From Treponema sp. (GTDB lineage: Bacteria > Spirochaetota > Spirochaetia > Treponematales > Treponemataceae): DNA of 64,000 nt. Shown here piece after piece: positions 45,997-55,549 of the stretch (the stretch's first letter is position 1; every line of letters starts with the position of its first letter). Location of the stretch: positions 106,751 to 170,750 of the forward strand of contig JAAVAP010000016.1 of the NCBI GenBank assembly GCA_014804005.1, read 5' to 3'. The notes beneath the pieces are model-generated. The model worked only from the letters and a program-made list of their open reading frames with translations, did no database searches and was not told the DNA's origin. Made by a program: the position numbers and the translations under genes.

Positions 45997-47778
45997 TCAA
46001 TTCTCGTCCACATTTTCAAGTTCTTCAATTTCCAAATCCGTCTCATCTTGCAAAACTTCGGATTCTTCATCCAGCTGCGACACAGCCATTTCTTCGAGCG
46101 CGCGTTGCTCTTCAAGTTCGCGTTCAACTTCCATTTTTCGAAGCGTCTTGCTTTTTATTTTTTTCGCTTTCGGAGGAAGAATTTTGTCCACCGCGATCAA
46201 ATACGCCACAAGCTCGCCGAGCATCCATGCGCCGCAAGCGGAAACAAGTCCGATTCCAACGAACGAAAGATTTCGGTATCGTTCCGCATCGCCGAGAGGA
46301 ACATTTCCGTAGCCAAGCAAATAGCCATTTTGGTACGACGAAAATTTGCCATAGCAATAAAACATAAACGGCAGCGAAACCAAAAGCGCGCTATAAGAAA
46401 GATACAGCATCTTGCGTCTTTTGTCGATATTCTTGCTCACGTCGAACACGCGCAAATTCATTTCCAGCTCTGCGCCGTCCGACATCAAATTCGAAGGAAT
46501 CATCATGAACATCGTTTCGCTTCGCTCGCCTTCCTCCGCGTCCTTGTCCTTTACAGTTCCTTCGAAATATCCGAACACAGTGTTGCCGTTCACCTTGAGC
46601 GGAACTTTCACAAAGTCGCTCGCGCTAGACTCGCCTGCGAATTTTCCGTCGAAAAACATCGTGCCTGGAACAAAGCGGCTCAAAGCCAATTTTATTTCGC
46701 CTTTGGATTCTTCGCGGAAATTCACTTCCACCAAAAATTTGCTCTGCCCCGAAAAATCGTACAAAAAACTTTCCCGCGCAAAACCTTCGGCATCCAACGA
46801 AATCGAATGAAAGCCTGAGTCAAGCGAAACTTTTTTCGGAACGGGACGATAGACAACGCTGTCAATCGTGAGCGTTGCGTTTTCTGCCGCAGCCTCCGGA
46901 AAAATATTGAACTCAAGTTCCACCGGCATCGAATTCGCAATTTTCGGCAAAAGCGCGAACGCGATGTTTTTTGCGATTTGGCGAATGTCGCTCAACGCTC
47001 CCACTTCCGTAACGGAAGCAACTTTTTTCGCGCCCGGAAAAACATTGAGTTCCGCAGTCACGCTCAAATAATTTCCATAAGAAATCATCGAGCCGGAGAC
47101 AAGTCCCGAAATTTTCGCATTGGCAATTTCCTTTGCAAACGCGCGCGAATCCACGCCTTCTTTTTTGGAAGAGTCGCTCGGAGAAAAAAGTTTTTCAGGA
47201 TCCTGTCCGTAAAGCGAAACCTGCCTTGACTCAGACTCCCACAATTTTCGCATTTTCCTCGCGCTTCTTTTTTTTGCCGTCTCGGGAAAAATCGCCTCTT
47301 CCTGCGCCTTCAAATTCGCGTCAATTTTTTTTTGCACATCGTCGATTTTCTTTTCCTGCGCCTTTAGCGCGCTTTGATATTCGAACATCGTGTAGTTGTT
47401 CAAAACAAGCGCGTCGCGCGACTTTACTTCCTTGCTCAAATCCAAAAAAAGCGAAAGCCGCTCTGTCAAAAGCGAATCCAAATTTTGCGAAATCCGCTCG
47501 TCGCGCAAAATCGTGCGCTTTGTGTCAAGCGAAATCTGCTCTAAAATCAATTTCGGAATCACGGCGGCGGCGGATTCAAGAGCGGCGGAATTATTTTTGT
47601 ATTCTTCGATTTCGAATTTTTGCGCCGCAAGAATCCACGCGTCGTCAGAAGAATCTTCGCAAAAAATATTCGCGCAGAAAAAAAAGAGGATCAGCAAATT
47701 GAAAATCCATCGCGGAAAACGCAAACTCAAAGAAAGCTCCCGCAAGCCGATAAGCCGAGCGTCCGCCGATTCTAACAT
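45997..47778 (-). CDS. Hypothetical membrane protein with an acidic C-terminal tail
   Basis: 593 aa. It has an N-terminal hydrophobic segment, C-terminal TM segments, and a tail EELENVDEN. Its start overlaps the prfB stop. No family was recognised. Confidence 0.5.
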   Translation of the reverse strand: MLESADARLIGLRELSLSLRFPRWIFNLLILFFFCANIFCEDSSDDAWILAAQKFEIEEYKNNSAALESAAAVIPKLILEQISLDTKRTILRDERISQNLDSLLTERLSLFLDLSKEVKSRDALVLNNYTMFEYQSALKAQEKKIDDVQKKIDANLKAQEEAIFPETAKKRSARKMRKLWESESRQVSLYGQDPEKLFSPSDSSKKEGVDSRAFAKEIANAKISGLVSGSMISYGNYLSVTAELNVFPGAKKVASVTEVGALSDIRQIAKNIAFALLPKIANSMPVELEFNIFPEAAAENATLTIDSVVYRPVPKKVSLDSGFHSISLDAEGFARESFLYDFSGQSKFLVEVNFREESKGEIKLALSRFVPGTMFFDGKFAGESSASDFVKVPLKVNGNTVFGYFEGTVKDKDAEEGERSETMFMMIPSNLMSDGAELEMNLRVFDVSKNIDKRRKMLYLSYSALLVSLPFMFYCYGKFSSYQNGYLLGYGNVPLGDAERYRNLSFVGIGLVSACGAWMLGELVAYLIAVDKILPPKAKKIKSKTLRKMEVERELEEQRALEEMAVSQLDEESEVLQDETDLEIEELENVDEN

Positions 47779-48912
47779 TCGCCTGAATCGTCCGAATCTT
47801 CCGCATCAAGGGGAAGTCCTTTCCACATGGCGTTCAAATACGCTTCGATAAATTGGTCGATGTCGCCGTCCATCACCGCCTGAATGTTTCCAGTCTCCTC
47901 GCGCGTGCGCAAATCCTTCACCATTGTGTACGGCTGGAAAACATACGAGCGAATTTGATTGCCCCAAGAGATGTCCTTTTTTTCCGCGCCGAATTTGGCT
48001 GTCTCCTTTTCCTTTTGCTCGCGATAATATTCGTAAAGTTTGGATTTCAAAATCGACATCGCCGTGGCTCGGTTCATAAGCTGGCTACGCTCGGTCTGGC
48101 ACGCGACGACGATTCCCGTGGGCAAGTGCGTAAAGCGCACGGCCGAATCCGTCTTGTTGACATGCTGGCCGCCCTTGCCGCCCGCGCGGTAAGTGTCCAC
48201 GCGCAAATCCTCGGGACGGATGTCCACTTCAATCGTATCGTCAAGGACGGGAAAAACATAGACGCTCGCAAACGAAGTGTGCCGCCGCGCATTCGCATCG
48301 AACGGGCTTATGCGCACAAGCCGATGGATTCCGGCTTCGCCTTTGAGATAGCCATAGACGTACTCGCCTTCGATTTGGAACGTAACCGATTTGATTCCGC
48401 CTTCGGCCTCAAGAATGTCAACAGTTTCGAGTTTGAATCCGCGACGTTCCGCCCAGCGCGAATACATGCGGCTGAGCATAAACGCCCAGTCCTCCGCCTC
48501 CGTTCCGCCCGCGCCCGAATGAATCGTAAGGAACGCGGAAGAAGAATCCACTTCGCCCGAAAGAAGACTCATTCGGCTTTCATGCTCAAACTTTTTCTGC
48601 GCCTCTTCCAGCTGCTGCCTTATTTCGGATACTTCGCCCTGCTCGCCTGATTCGATGGCAAGATCATAAAGCGCTTCGATGTCGTCAATCTGCGCCTTGA
48701 GTTCCTTCCACGGCTCGACACGCCCTTTGAGAATCTTTATCCGGCTCATCACTTTTTGCGCGGCCTTCGCATCGTCCCAAAAATTCGGGCTAGAAGTCAG
48801 CTCTTCCTGTTCCGCGATTTTTTTGTAAACCGAGTCCGCGTCAAAGACGCCCCCAAACATTGAGGATGCTTTCTTTCAATTCGCCGATCGGCTGCTTCAA
48901 ATCTTCCAACAT
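47772..48912 (-). CDS. prfB: Peptide chain release factor 2, requiring a programmed +1 frameshift
   Basis: Frame 0 runs from the ATG at 48912 through 23 codons (MLEDLKQPIGELKESILNVWGRL) to TGA at 48843-48841. The +1 frame continues as DADSVYKK... into the 362-aa ORF, which carries the SPF and GGQ motifs. Confidence 0.9.
48840..48855 (-). promoter_or_regulatory. RF2 autoregulatory frameshift site
   Basis: The minus strand reads TGGGGGCGTCTTTGAC. This is an internal SD-like GGGGG, a spacer, then the slippery CTT followed by in-frame TGA and C, the canonical CUU UGA C context. Confidence 0.85.
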
Positions 48913-49196
48913 AAATTTCTCCTATAAAAATATAATTGCGATTTTTGAAATCAATCTTTCTTTTCAGTATAACGGAATGCGATGGAAATTGCAAGTTGGC
49001 TTTTTGCAAAACACAGCTCAAAATTCCTGCGAACTCATTTTAAATAAACGCAAGATTTCCTTGAAAAATTCTGCAATCCCAAAAATGAAAATCCGCACTA
49101 AAACATTTAAAAAAAATTCCGATAACTTTAAAATAAGAAAGCAAAATTTGCGTCGCAAATTAAAAAATTCGTCGAAAACCATCCGGAGGTGCAAAT

Positions 49197-49805
49197 ATGC
49201 AAGATTTTCCTGCAAAAAATTTTTCTTCCGCAGATTCAAAAAAGCCAGAAGAATTCGGCGAATTGGAAGAAATTCTTGAGTGGGAAGATGAAATCGATTT
49301 GGCAAAAGAAATCGCGGAAATCGGCAAGGACGATGAACCTTTGCAAGAAATTTCTTTGAACGAAATCAAAAGCGACGATAAAATTTCCGCCCCTCCAGCC
49401 GAAAAACGCGCGCATCCTTCCAAGGAAAAATTCGACATACGCGAAGACGTTTCGCAGGATTTTTTCGCCTTAAAGCCTTCGAAAAAAAAGGGCGGACTTT
49501 TGCAAGCGGCGACGAAACTGAGAAACATTCCGGGCTTTGACACAAGCGAACAGGAAGAAGAACTCACGCTGAATTTTTCCACCGCCGTTCCAAATTTCAG
49601 CGAAGAAAGAAATTCCGTAAACGAAAAAATTGCCGCACACAAAAAGTCGCTTTTGGCAAGGGCATCGTCCATCGCGTCCGTTTCCGACGAAGTGATTCGC
49701 CAAGGCGAGGACGGAGTTTTTTCGATAAATGAAAATCTCGAAACACGCGACGTATTTCAGGACGATTCGCTCAGGCAACTGGTGGATTCAGTTTTGAAAA
49801 ATTGA
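49197..49805 (+). CDS. Hypothetical acidic protein
   Basis: GGAGGT precedes the ATG. 202 aa, Glu/Asp/Ser-rich, with no recognised motif. Confidence 0.5.
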   Translation: MQDFPAKNFSSADSKKPEEFGELEEILEWEDEIDLAKEIAEIGKDDEPLQEISLNEIKSDDKISAPPAEKRAHPSKEKFDIREDVSQDFFALKPSKKKGGLLQAATKLRNIPGFDTSEQEEELTLNFSTAVPNFSEERNSVNEKIAAHKKSLLARASSIASVSDEVIRQGEDGVFSINENLETRDVFQDDSLRQLVDSVLKN

Positions 49806-49807
49806 AC

Positions 49808-49836
49808 TTGTCCTTCGCGTGAAATTGTGCTAAAAT
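49808..49836 (+). promoter_or_regulatory. Candidate promoter of the thioesterase gene
   Basis: TTGTCC (49808-49813), a 17-nt spacer ending in TGC (extended -10-like), then TAAAAT (49831-49836). The ATG lies only 7 nt downstream and there is no SD. Confidence 0.35.
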
Positions 49837-49842
49837 CATTTT

Positions 49843-50250
49843 ATGAAAATCACATCAAGCCTTACCGTGCGCACTTACGAATGCGATTCTTACGGACACG
49901 TGAACAACGCGGTCTACGTGAACTTCCTCGAATTCGGCAGAATGGAATTTTTGCGCGGAATAAATTTCGACTACAAAGGATTCATCCAAGCAGGATACTT
50001 TTTGTACATTTCGCACATCGACATTCATTACAAGGCGAGCGCGTATTTGGGCGACGAACTTTTTGTGGAAGTCGAGCCGATTGAAACAGGCGCAGTGCGC
50101 GGAACGCTGCGGCAAACAATTCGCAAGGCAGATGGCACGATTTGCGTAGAAGCCGAAGTGACTTGGGCAAGCGTGAACAAAGACGGTCGCCCTTCGCGCA
50201 TTCCAAAAGAATTCATCGTGGAAGGACTTCTTCCAGAAAATGCCGAATAA
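49843..50250 (+). CDS. Acyl-CoA thioesterase, 4HBT/YbgC-like hotdog fold
   Basis: 135 aa with N-terminal YECDSYGHVNNAVYVNFLE. Confidence 0.8.
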   Translation: MKITSSLTVRTYECDSYGHVNNAVYVNFLEFGRMEFLRGINFDYKGFIQAGYFLYISHIDIHYKASAYLGDELFVEVEPIETGAVRGTLRQTIRKADGTICVEAEVTWASVNKDGRPSRIPKEFIVEGLLPENAE

Positions 50251-50296
50251 ATTCCAAAACGCTTGCGAAGTTTTTTCGGCCGCAAACGCAACGCCA

Positions 50297-51823
50297 TTAG
50301 CTTGTCGCGCCGCCCAAACAACTTTGCATCAAATTCACAAAAAGATAAATGTTCTTGTAAATTCCCACGCCCAATTCCTTTATCGGATGGTCGGAAAAAC
50401 GATCAAGTTCTTTCCAATTTATGATCACTTCGCCATTGGGTCTTGCGTAATCTTCGAGAAGAGTTTTCGTAGTCTTCGCGATTACGATGAGATTTTTAGT
50501 TCCATCGACGCAAAGCTTTTTCGCCTCTTCGTTCAAATCGGCGAGAATCGTGCCTACAATGTTTCGCGCTTCCTTTCCGCGATCCACGCTCGGCATGTGA
50601 TTTTTTAGCTTCACGCCAATTTCTGCCTTTTCATCAATTTTAGCATCGAACGCCAAAAGCTTTTCGCTCGAATCGATAAGCGCGTGATAGGCGTTAGACA
50701 TCGGCGTGGAAAGCGCCTGAGTGGACCAAGTGCCGCGCACCAAAACCAAGTCAGAAAATTCGCGCACATCCTTTTTCACGAAGTCGAGCAAAAACGCCTT
50801 GTAATAATTCAGCTCGTTCACATATTCGAACGAGCCAACATTCTTGCGCTCATAAATCGCGCTGTTCGTGGCAGTGTAATTCGAAAGCCTGTCTATTGAA
50901 GTCGTGCCGAAAATTTGGTTCAACAAGTCGCCGATTTTGTTGTTCTGCTGGGTAGCCGCAATCGAGCTTATTGTCTTTTCTGCATCGCCGCGAATTTTGT
51001 CGATGAAGCCGTCAACAATCGGCTCTTCGGAAAAATTGTACTCGGGAACATAATCGGGATTTTTTGTCGCCACTTGAATCAGCATTTCAAGCACACGAGA
51101 ATTTTTCACGGAGTTCACGCGGTTCACGACTTTGTTCCAAACGTTGAGCGTAACCGGTTCCGAGCCTTTTATCGCCTTGAAAAATTTTACCAATTCGCTC
51201 CAATCTTCGCGTTCGGGAAAAACGTAAGCCACGGCTATGAAATCCTTCAAATCTTCGCCGATATATTCGCCGTTTATCTTGTGGAATTCAGGCGTGACCG
51301 AAAAATCACCTTCATGAAGCGTGGAAGCGAATTTTTTCAAGATGAAGAAAAAGTCGTAAGTGCAAAAGGTTCTGAACATAGAGATTTTTCTGTAAAGCGC
51401 CTCAAGCTGCGCGATTTTTTCCGTCGTAAAAATCTGCATCATATTTTCGATATTCTTTTGCACCTGAACTTTCACTTTTTCCACGGTGGAATTTTTCACG
51501 GCCTCGTTTATGGCCTCTTCGGAAAGCGAGTCAAGCAGCGCGTGGCTTTTTTCGTCAAGCGAATAATTTACGATCATGTACTTGAGACGATTCGGATTGT
51601 CCTGCGCCATGAACATCGCCTTGGCAGGAAAAATCGCCTTGTAAATGTCGTAGAGGAATTTTGCGAGCGCAGGCTGAGCCTCGTCGTTTCTATAAAAATG
51701 GAATTTCGACTTGGAAAGATTTTTGGAAATCAACTTGAGCCGTCGCTTTTTTTCGGCTTCGGGATCGTTCGAAGCAAAAAGCGAGGAAAACAACTTTGCG
51801 AAAAAGCTCTGTTTTTTTGCCAT
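50297..51823 (-). CDS. Conserved hypothetical cytoplasmic protein, last gene downstream of rnfB
   Basis: 508-aa uninterrupted ORF, 13 nt after the rnfB stop and on the same strand. No motif was recognised. Confidence 0.55.
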   Translation of the reverse strand: MAKKQSFFAKLFSSLFASNDPEAEKKRRLKLISKNLSKSKFHFYRNDEAQPALAKFLYDIYKAIFPAKAMFMAQDNPNRLKYMIVNYSLDEKSHALLDSLSEEAINEAVKNSTVEKVKVQVQKNIENMMQIFTTEKIAQLEALYRKISMFRTFCTYDFFFILKKFASTLHEGDFSVTPEFHKINGEYIGEDLKDFIAVAYVFPEREDWSELVKFFKAIKGSEPVTLNVWNKVVNRVNSVKNSRVLEMLIQVATKNPDYVPEYNFSEEPIVDGFIDKIRGDAEKTISSIAATQQNNKIGDLLNQIFGTTSIDRLSNYTATNSAIYERKNVGSFEYVNELNYYKAFLLDFVKKDVREFSDLVLVRGTWSTQALSTPMSNAYHALIDSSEKLLAFDAKIDEKAEIGVKLKNHMPSVDRGKEARNIVGTILADLNEEAKKLCVDGTKNLIVIAKTTKTLLEDYARPNGEVIINWKELDRFSDHPIKELGVGIYKNIYLFVNLMQSCLGGATS

Positions 51824-51836
51824 ACTTTATTATCTT

Positions 51837-52640
51837 CTAAAACGGAAAAAGTGTCAAGACGTGCGTCGGACAACCTTCAACGCATTTTCCGCATGCGGTG
51901 CATTTTTGCGCGTCAATCAAAGGAATTCCGTTTTGCAATTTGAGCGCGTCGAATTCGCAAGCCTTTTCGCACTTGCCGCATTTGATGCATCCGTTCTTGC
52001 AATTTTTCAAAATCAAAGGCTTGTTGTCGCTGCGGTTTTGGCAAAGCGCGACAGCGATTTTTTTCTGCGTTTCGAAAAACGAAATCAAATGTTTCGGACA
52101 AGCTTTGACGCACTTTCCGCATGCGACGCACAATTTTTCGTCGATTACGGGAATTCCTTCCAGCCCGATTTTTATGGCGGAAAATTTACATGCGGCCACG
52201 CAATCGCCAAAACCCGAACATCCGAACGCGCAAGTTTTCGTGCCGTTGATTGCTTGGACGGCGGCCGCGCAAGTTTCAACGCCCTTGTATTTGCCACGAA
52301 TTTGGGCGGCTGCATTCGTTCCGCGACAGCAAAGCACGGCGACTTTTTTTACGACGCTTGCTTCTTTGCCCAAAATTTTCGCGATGGAAGCAGCAACGGC
52401 AGAGCCACCCGGCGCGCACAAATTCGGCTCGGCATTTCCAGCGGCCACGGCAGTCGCATAGCCGTCGCATCCTGCGAATCCGCATCCTCCGCAATTCGCG
52501 CCTGGCAAAGCTTCGCGCACTTTGAGTTCAGTTTTATTTACAGGCACGGCAAAAATCTTTTTGAAAACGCCGAGCAAAAGTCCAAGCAAAAAAGCAAGCG
52601 CGAACGCCACCGCAATCGTAATCAAAATCATATTCATCAA
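51837..52640 (-). CDS. rnfB: Rnf electron-transport complex subunit B
   Basis: N-terminal TM segment, CGGCGFAGC cluster, and several CxxCxxCxxxCP ferredoxin motifs. Confidence 0.85.
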   Translation of the reverse strand: MMNMILITIAVAFALAFLLGLLLGVFKKIFAVPVNKTELKVREALPGANCGGCGFAGCDGYATAVAAGNAEPNLCAPGGSAVAASIAKILGKEASVVKKVAVLCCRGTNAAAQIRGKYKGVETCAAAVQAINGTKTCAFGCSGFGDCVAACKFSAIKIGLEGIPVIDEKLCVACGKCVKACPKHLISFFETQKKIAVALCQNRSDNKPLILKNCKNGCIKCGKCEKACEFDALKLQNGIPLIDAQKCTACGKCVEGCPTHVLTLFPF

Positions 52641-52685
52641 TTCACCTCGTAATCATTCCACAAAACCTTGCAAAATTTATCTAAT

Positions 52686-53264
52686 CTAATTGATAAGTCC
52701 TTTGAAACCCATGAACGAAAGCGACAAAAGCGCCGCCGTTATGAAAAGGCTCGAATTTCCTTTGAGGAATTTTGGCACGTCGGAAACTCGCATTCGCTCG
52801 CGGATTCCAGCCATTATCACCATCGAAAGCAAAAAGCCGCCCGCGCTTCCCGCCGCGTAAACAATCGACTGCGCGTAGCCATAACCTTTGGAAATGCAAT
52901 TGAGAGTTACGGCGAGCACAGCGCAGTTTGTCGTGATGAGCGCAAGGTAAACTCCCATCGCGCTGTAAAGAGACGGCGCGGATTTTTTCAAATAAAATTC
53001 CACAAGTTGCACGAGCGACGCAATCACCAAAATGAAAATCAGCGTCTGCAAGAATTTCAAATTGAGCGGAACCAAAATGCAATAGTAAATCGGATACGTA
53101 ACCGCCGTGGCAAGCAAAATCACGAACGAAGTCGCAAGTCCCATTCCAGCCGATTTTCCAGTGTCGCTCGTCATTCCCATGAACGGACACAAAGCCAAAT
53201 ATTGCACCAAAATCACATTGTCCACGAGCATCGATTTCAAAAATATTTTCAACATTTCAGGCAT
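52686..53264 (-). CDS. rnfA: Rnf complex subunit A
   Basis: 192-aa polytopic protein with the RnfA/NqrE pattern (NVILVQYLALCPFMG...). GGAGG precedes the ATG. Confidence 0.9.
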   Translation of the reverse strand: MPEMLKIFLKSMLVDNVILVQYLALCPFMGMTSDTGKSAGMGLATSFVILLATAVTYPIYYCILVPLNLKFLQTLIFILVIASLVQLVEFYLKKSAPSLYSAMGVYLALITTNCAVLAVTLNCISKGYGYAQSIVYAAGSAGGFLLSMVIMAGIRERMRVSDVPKFLKGNSSLFITAALLSLSFMGFKGLIN

Positions 53265-53276
53265 TTTTCCTCCTAA

Positions 53277-53379
53277 TAAAAAGTCAAGAAGAAAGTTTCA
53301 ACTTTATTCTTGACTTTTTACGCACATTCGCAACGCAGTGAGAATGTGCAATAAATATGCAAGTTTCCAACGGAAACTT
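53277..53379 (-). promoter_or_regulatory. Three stem-loops in the rnfE-rnfA spacer
   Basis: H1 at 53278-53319: 20-bp stem with one mismatch and a 2-nt loop. H2 at 53322-53349: 8-bp stem with a 12-nt loop. H3 at 53361-53379: 8-bp stem with a 3-nt loop. On the mRNA strand, H1 ends in UUUUU 4 nt before the rnfA SD. Confidence 0.5.
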
Positions 53380-53418
53380 GTCATGATAAGCGCCCGCGCT
53401 ATTTGTGCGGTGCATTTA

Positions 53419-54015
53419 TCATTTTTCTCCTTCTTTCGACGAAACGCAAAGAACCAAGGCAATCATGATTCCGAACACGAAAAATCCGCCGGGCGCGCCA
53501 GCGAAAAATCCTATGGCATTTTCTTCGGCGAAAATCTGAAAGCCCAAAAGTTTTCCGCTGCCCAAAAGTTCGCGCACCGCGGAAATCGCCACGAGCACCC
53601 AAGTGTAGCCCAAGCCCATTCCGAACGCATCCAAAATCGAATGCGCGACATTATTTTTTGACGCGAACGCTTCGACGCGCCCCATGATGATGCAGTTCAC
53701 GACAATGAGCGGCAGGAACACGCCGAGCGCGTCCGAAAGGTCTGGCAAATATGCGCCCAAAAGAAGCTGTACGATTGTCGTAAACGCCGCGATTACAATT
53801 ATAAAAACCGGAAGTCGAATCGCGTCAGGAATGAGCTTCCTGAAAATGCTGATGATGATTTCGCTCATCAAAAGCACGAACATCATGCTCGCGCCCATTC
53901 CGATTCCGTTGAAAACGCTCGTTGTTACGGCGAGCGACGAACAAAGCCCAAGCGAAAGAACCAAAAGCGGATTTTCCTTTACGATTCCATTCGTGAAAAT
54001 TTTCAAAGTCTTCAT
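53419..54015 (-). CDS. rnfE: Rnf complex subunit E
   Basis: 198-aa polytopic protein with the RnfE/NqrD pattern (NPLLVLSLGLCSSLAVT). Confidence 0.9.
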   Translation of the reverse strand: MKTLKIFTNGIVKENPLLVLSLGLCSSLAVTTSVFNGIGMGASMMFVLLMSEIIISIFRKLIPDAIRLPVFIIVIAAFTTIVQLLLGAYLPDLSDALGVFLPLIVVNCIIMGRVEAFASKNNVAHSILDAFGMGLGYTWVLVAISAVRELLGSGKLLGFQIFAEENAIGFFAGAPGGFFVFGIMIALVLCVSSKEGEK

Positions 54016-54596
54016 CTAGCCCCTCCGTTTTCTTCGATGTAAATTTTTACGGCTTCGGCCGCGTTTGAAATGAGCGCGCCCATCGTGCGCGAAGTGATTG
54101 TCGCGCCGCTGATCGCCTCATAATCTTCGCCCAAAACGAGCGGCTCTTTCGCACTTGTTCCTGCGAACTGTCCGTAAAAAGTCGTTCCTTTTGAATTGCG
54201 GTAATTCGCATCGGCGGCCTTTTGTCCAAAGCCAGGCGAATCCGATGTCGCCAAAATGTGAACGCCTGCGATTTGCAATTCGGGAGAAAAACCCGCAACC
54301 AAAGTCGAAGTTTCGTAAGTGGAGCCAGTGATTTTTATCGCAAAGCCCGCGACATTTCCGTCCTGAATCACTTTGTAAAAAGAATCGATTGTCGCGCCCG
54401 ACTGCGGCAAAGAAATTTTTTCGATTTTTTCAAAATTCTCCGCCTGCGGAAAAATTATTTTCAGCGCGGACTGTTCTTTTTTGAGCGCGTGAGATGCGAT
54501 TTCAGGAGCAGTAAAATTGTTCACGACGGCAAGCGCAAGACATGCCGCAGACGCATAGAGCGCTAGTTTTATTCCAAGAACAAACGCGTTTTTCAT
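54012..54596 (-). CDS. rnfG: Rnf complex subunit G (FMN-binding)
   Basis: N-terminal TM segment and the FMN attachment motif SGATITSR. Confidence 0.85.
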   Translation of the reverse strand: MKNAFVLGIKLALYASAACLALAVVNNFTAPEIASHALKKEQSALKIIFPQAENFEKIEKISLPQSGATIDSFYKVIQDGNVAGFAIKITGSTYETSTLVAGFSPELQIAGVHILATSDSPGFGQKAADANYRNSKGTTFYGQFAGTSAKEPLVLGEDYEAISGATITSRTMGALISNAAEAVKIYIEENGGAR

Positions 54597-55534
54597 TTTG
54601 CCTCCATCGCGGATTTTTTGTAGCCGTATTTTCGCCGAGTGATTTTATTCAAGAACGGCGCAAGCGAATCCATAATCAAAATCGAAAACATTACGCCTTC
54701 GGGATAGCCGCCGAATTTCCTGATCAAAAACGTGATGAGTCCGCAACCCGCGCCGTAAATAAGGCGGCCGGGCTTTGTAACCGGAGCCGTCACGTAATCC
54801 GTGATCATGAATGTCGCGCCGAAAATGAGACCGCCCGAAAGCAACGCCATCAAAATGTCTCCGCCCGAAATCCAAGTCAAAATCACGGTTGTCGCCACCA
54901 TCGCAAACGGCGCGCGCCAGTCAATCGTCCTTGTCGCCAAAAGGAAAACGAACGAAATCAAAATCAGCAAAATCGAAGTTTCGCCAATGCAGCCGGCGCG
55001 GTTTCCGAAAAAGTATTGCAGATAAATTTCGCGGCTCGGAGTGAACGCGCCGCTTTTTATTGCGGGCAAAATCGTCGCCGTGCTCACAGCGTCGGGCAAA
55101 GGCGTTATCCACGCGCTTCCCATCGCCACGGGAAAACTCACGAACAAAAACGCGCGTCCCGTCAAAGCAGGATTCCAGACATTGCTTCCAAGTCCGCCGA
55201 AAAGCGACTTCGCCACGATGATTCCGAACGCCGCGCCAAGCACAGTCTGCCAAACAGGAATCGTCGGCGGCAAGACAAGCGCGAGAAGAATTCCCGTGAT
55301 TATCGCAGAGCCATCGGAAACAGTCTGCTTTTTTTTCGCAAGCAAATTGAACAGGAATTCAAAAAGCACCGCCGAAGCCACGCTCGCCAAAATCGTAATC
55401 AGAGCGGGAATTCCGAAAATCACCACGCCGTAAACACATTCCGGAATGAGCGAAGCCACCACCGTGAACATCAAGGCTTGAGTTTTTCTTCCGCTTGAAA
55501 TGTGCGGCGAAGAAGAAAGAATCATTTTTTCCAT
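54593..55534 (-). CDS. rnfD: Rnf complex subunit D
   Basis: 313-aa polytopic protein with an SSPHI N-terminus and an RnfD/NqrB-like pattern. Confidence 0.9.
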   Translation of the reverse strand: MEKMILSSSPHISSGRKTQALMFTVVASLIPECVYGVVIFGIPALITILASVASAVLFEFLFNLLAKKKQTVSDGSAIITGILLALVLPPTIPVWQTVLGAAFGIIVAKSLFGGLGSNVWNPALTGRAFLFVSFPVAMGSAWITPLPDAVSTATILPAIKSGAFTPSREIYLQYFFGNRAGCIGETSILLILISFVFLLATRTIDWRAPFAMVATTVILTWISGGDILMALLSGGLIFGATFMITDYVTAPVTKPGRLIYGAGCGLITFLIRKFGGYPEGVMFSILIMDSLAPFLNKITRRKYGYKKSAMEAK

Positions 55535-55549
55535 ATTTATCTCACTTCC

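Noticed and set aside
50915-51943. 342-aa plus-strand ORF, plus 51711-52652 (313 aa)
   Set aside because: They lie antisense to the 508-aa ORF and to rnfB. Their composition is the Phe/Arg-rich type seen in shadow ORFs.
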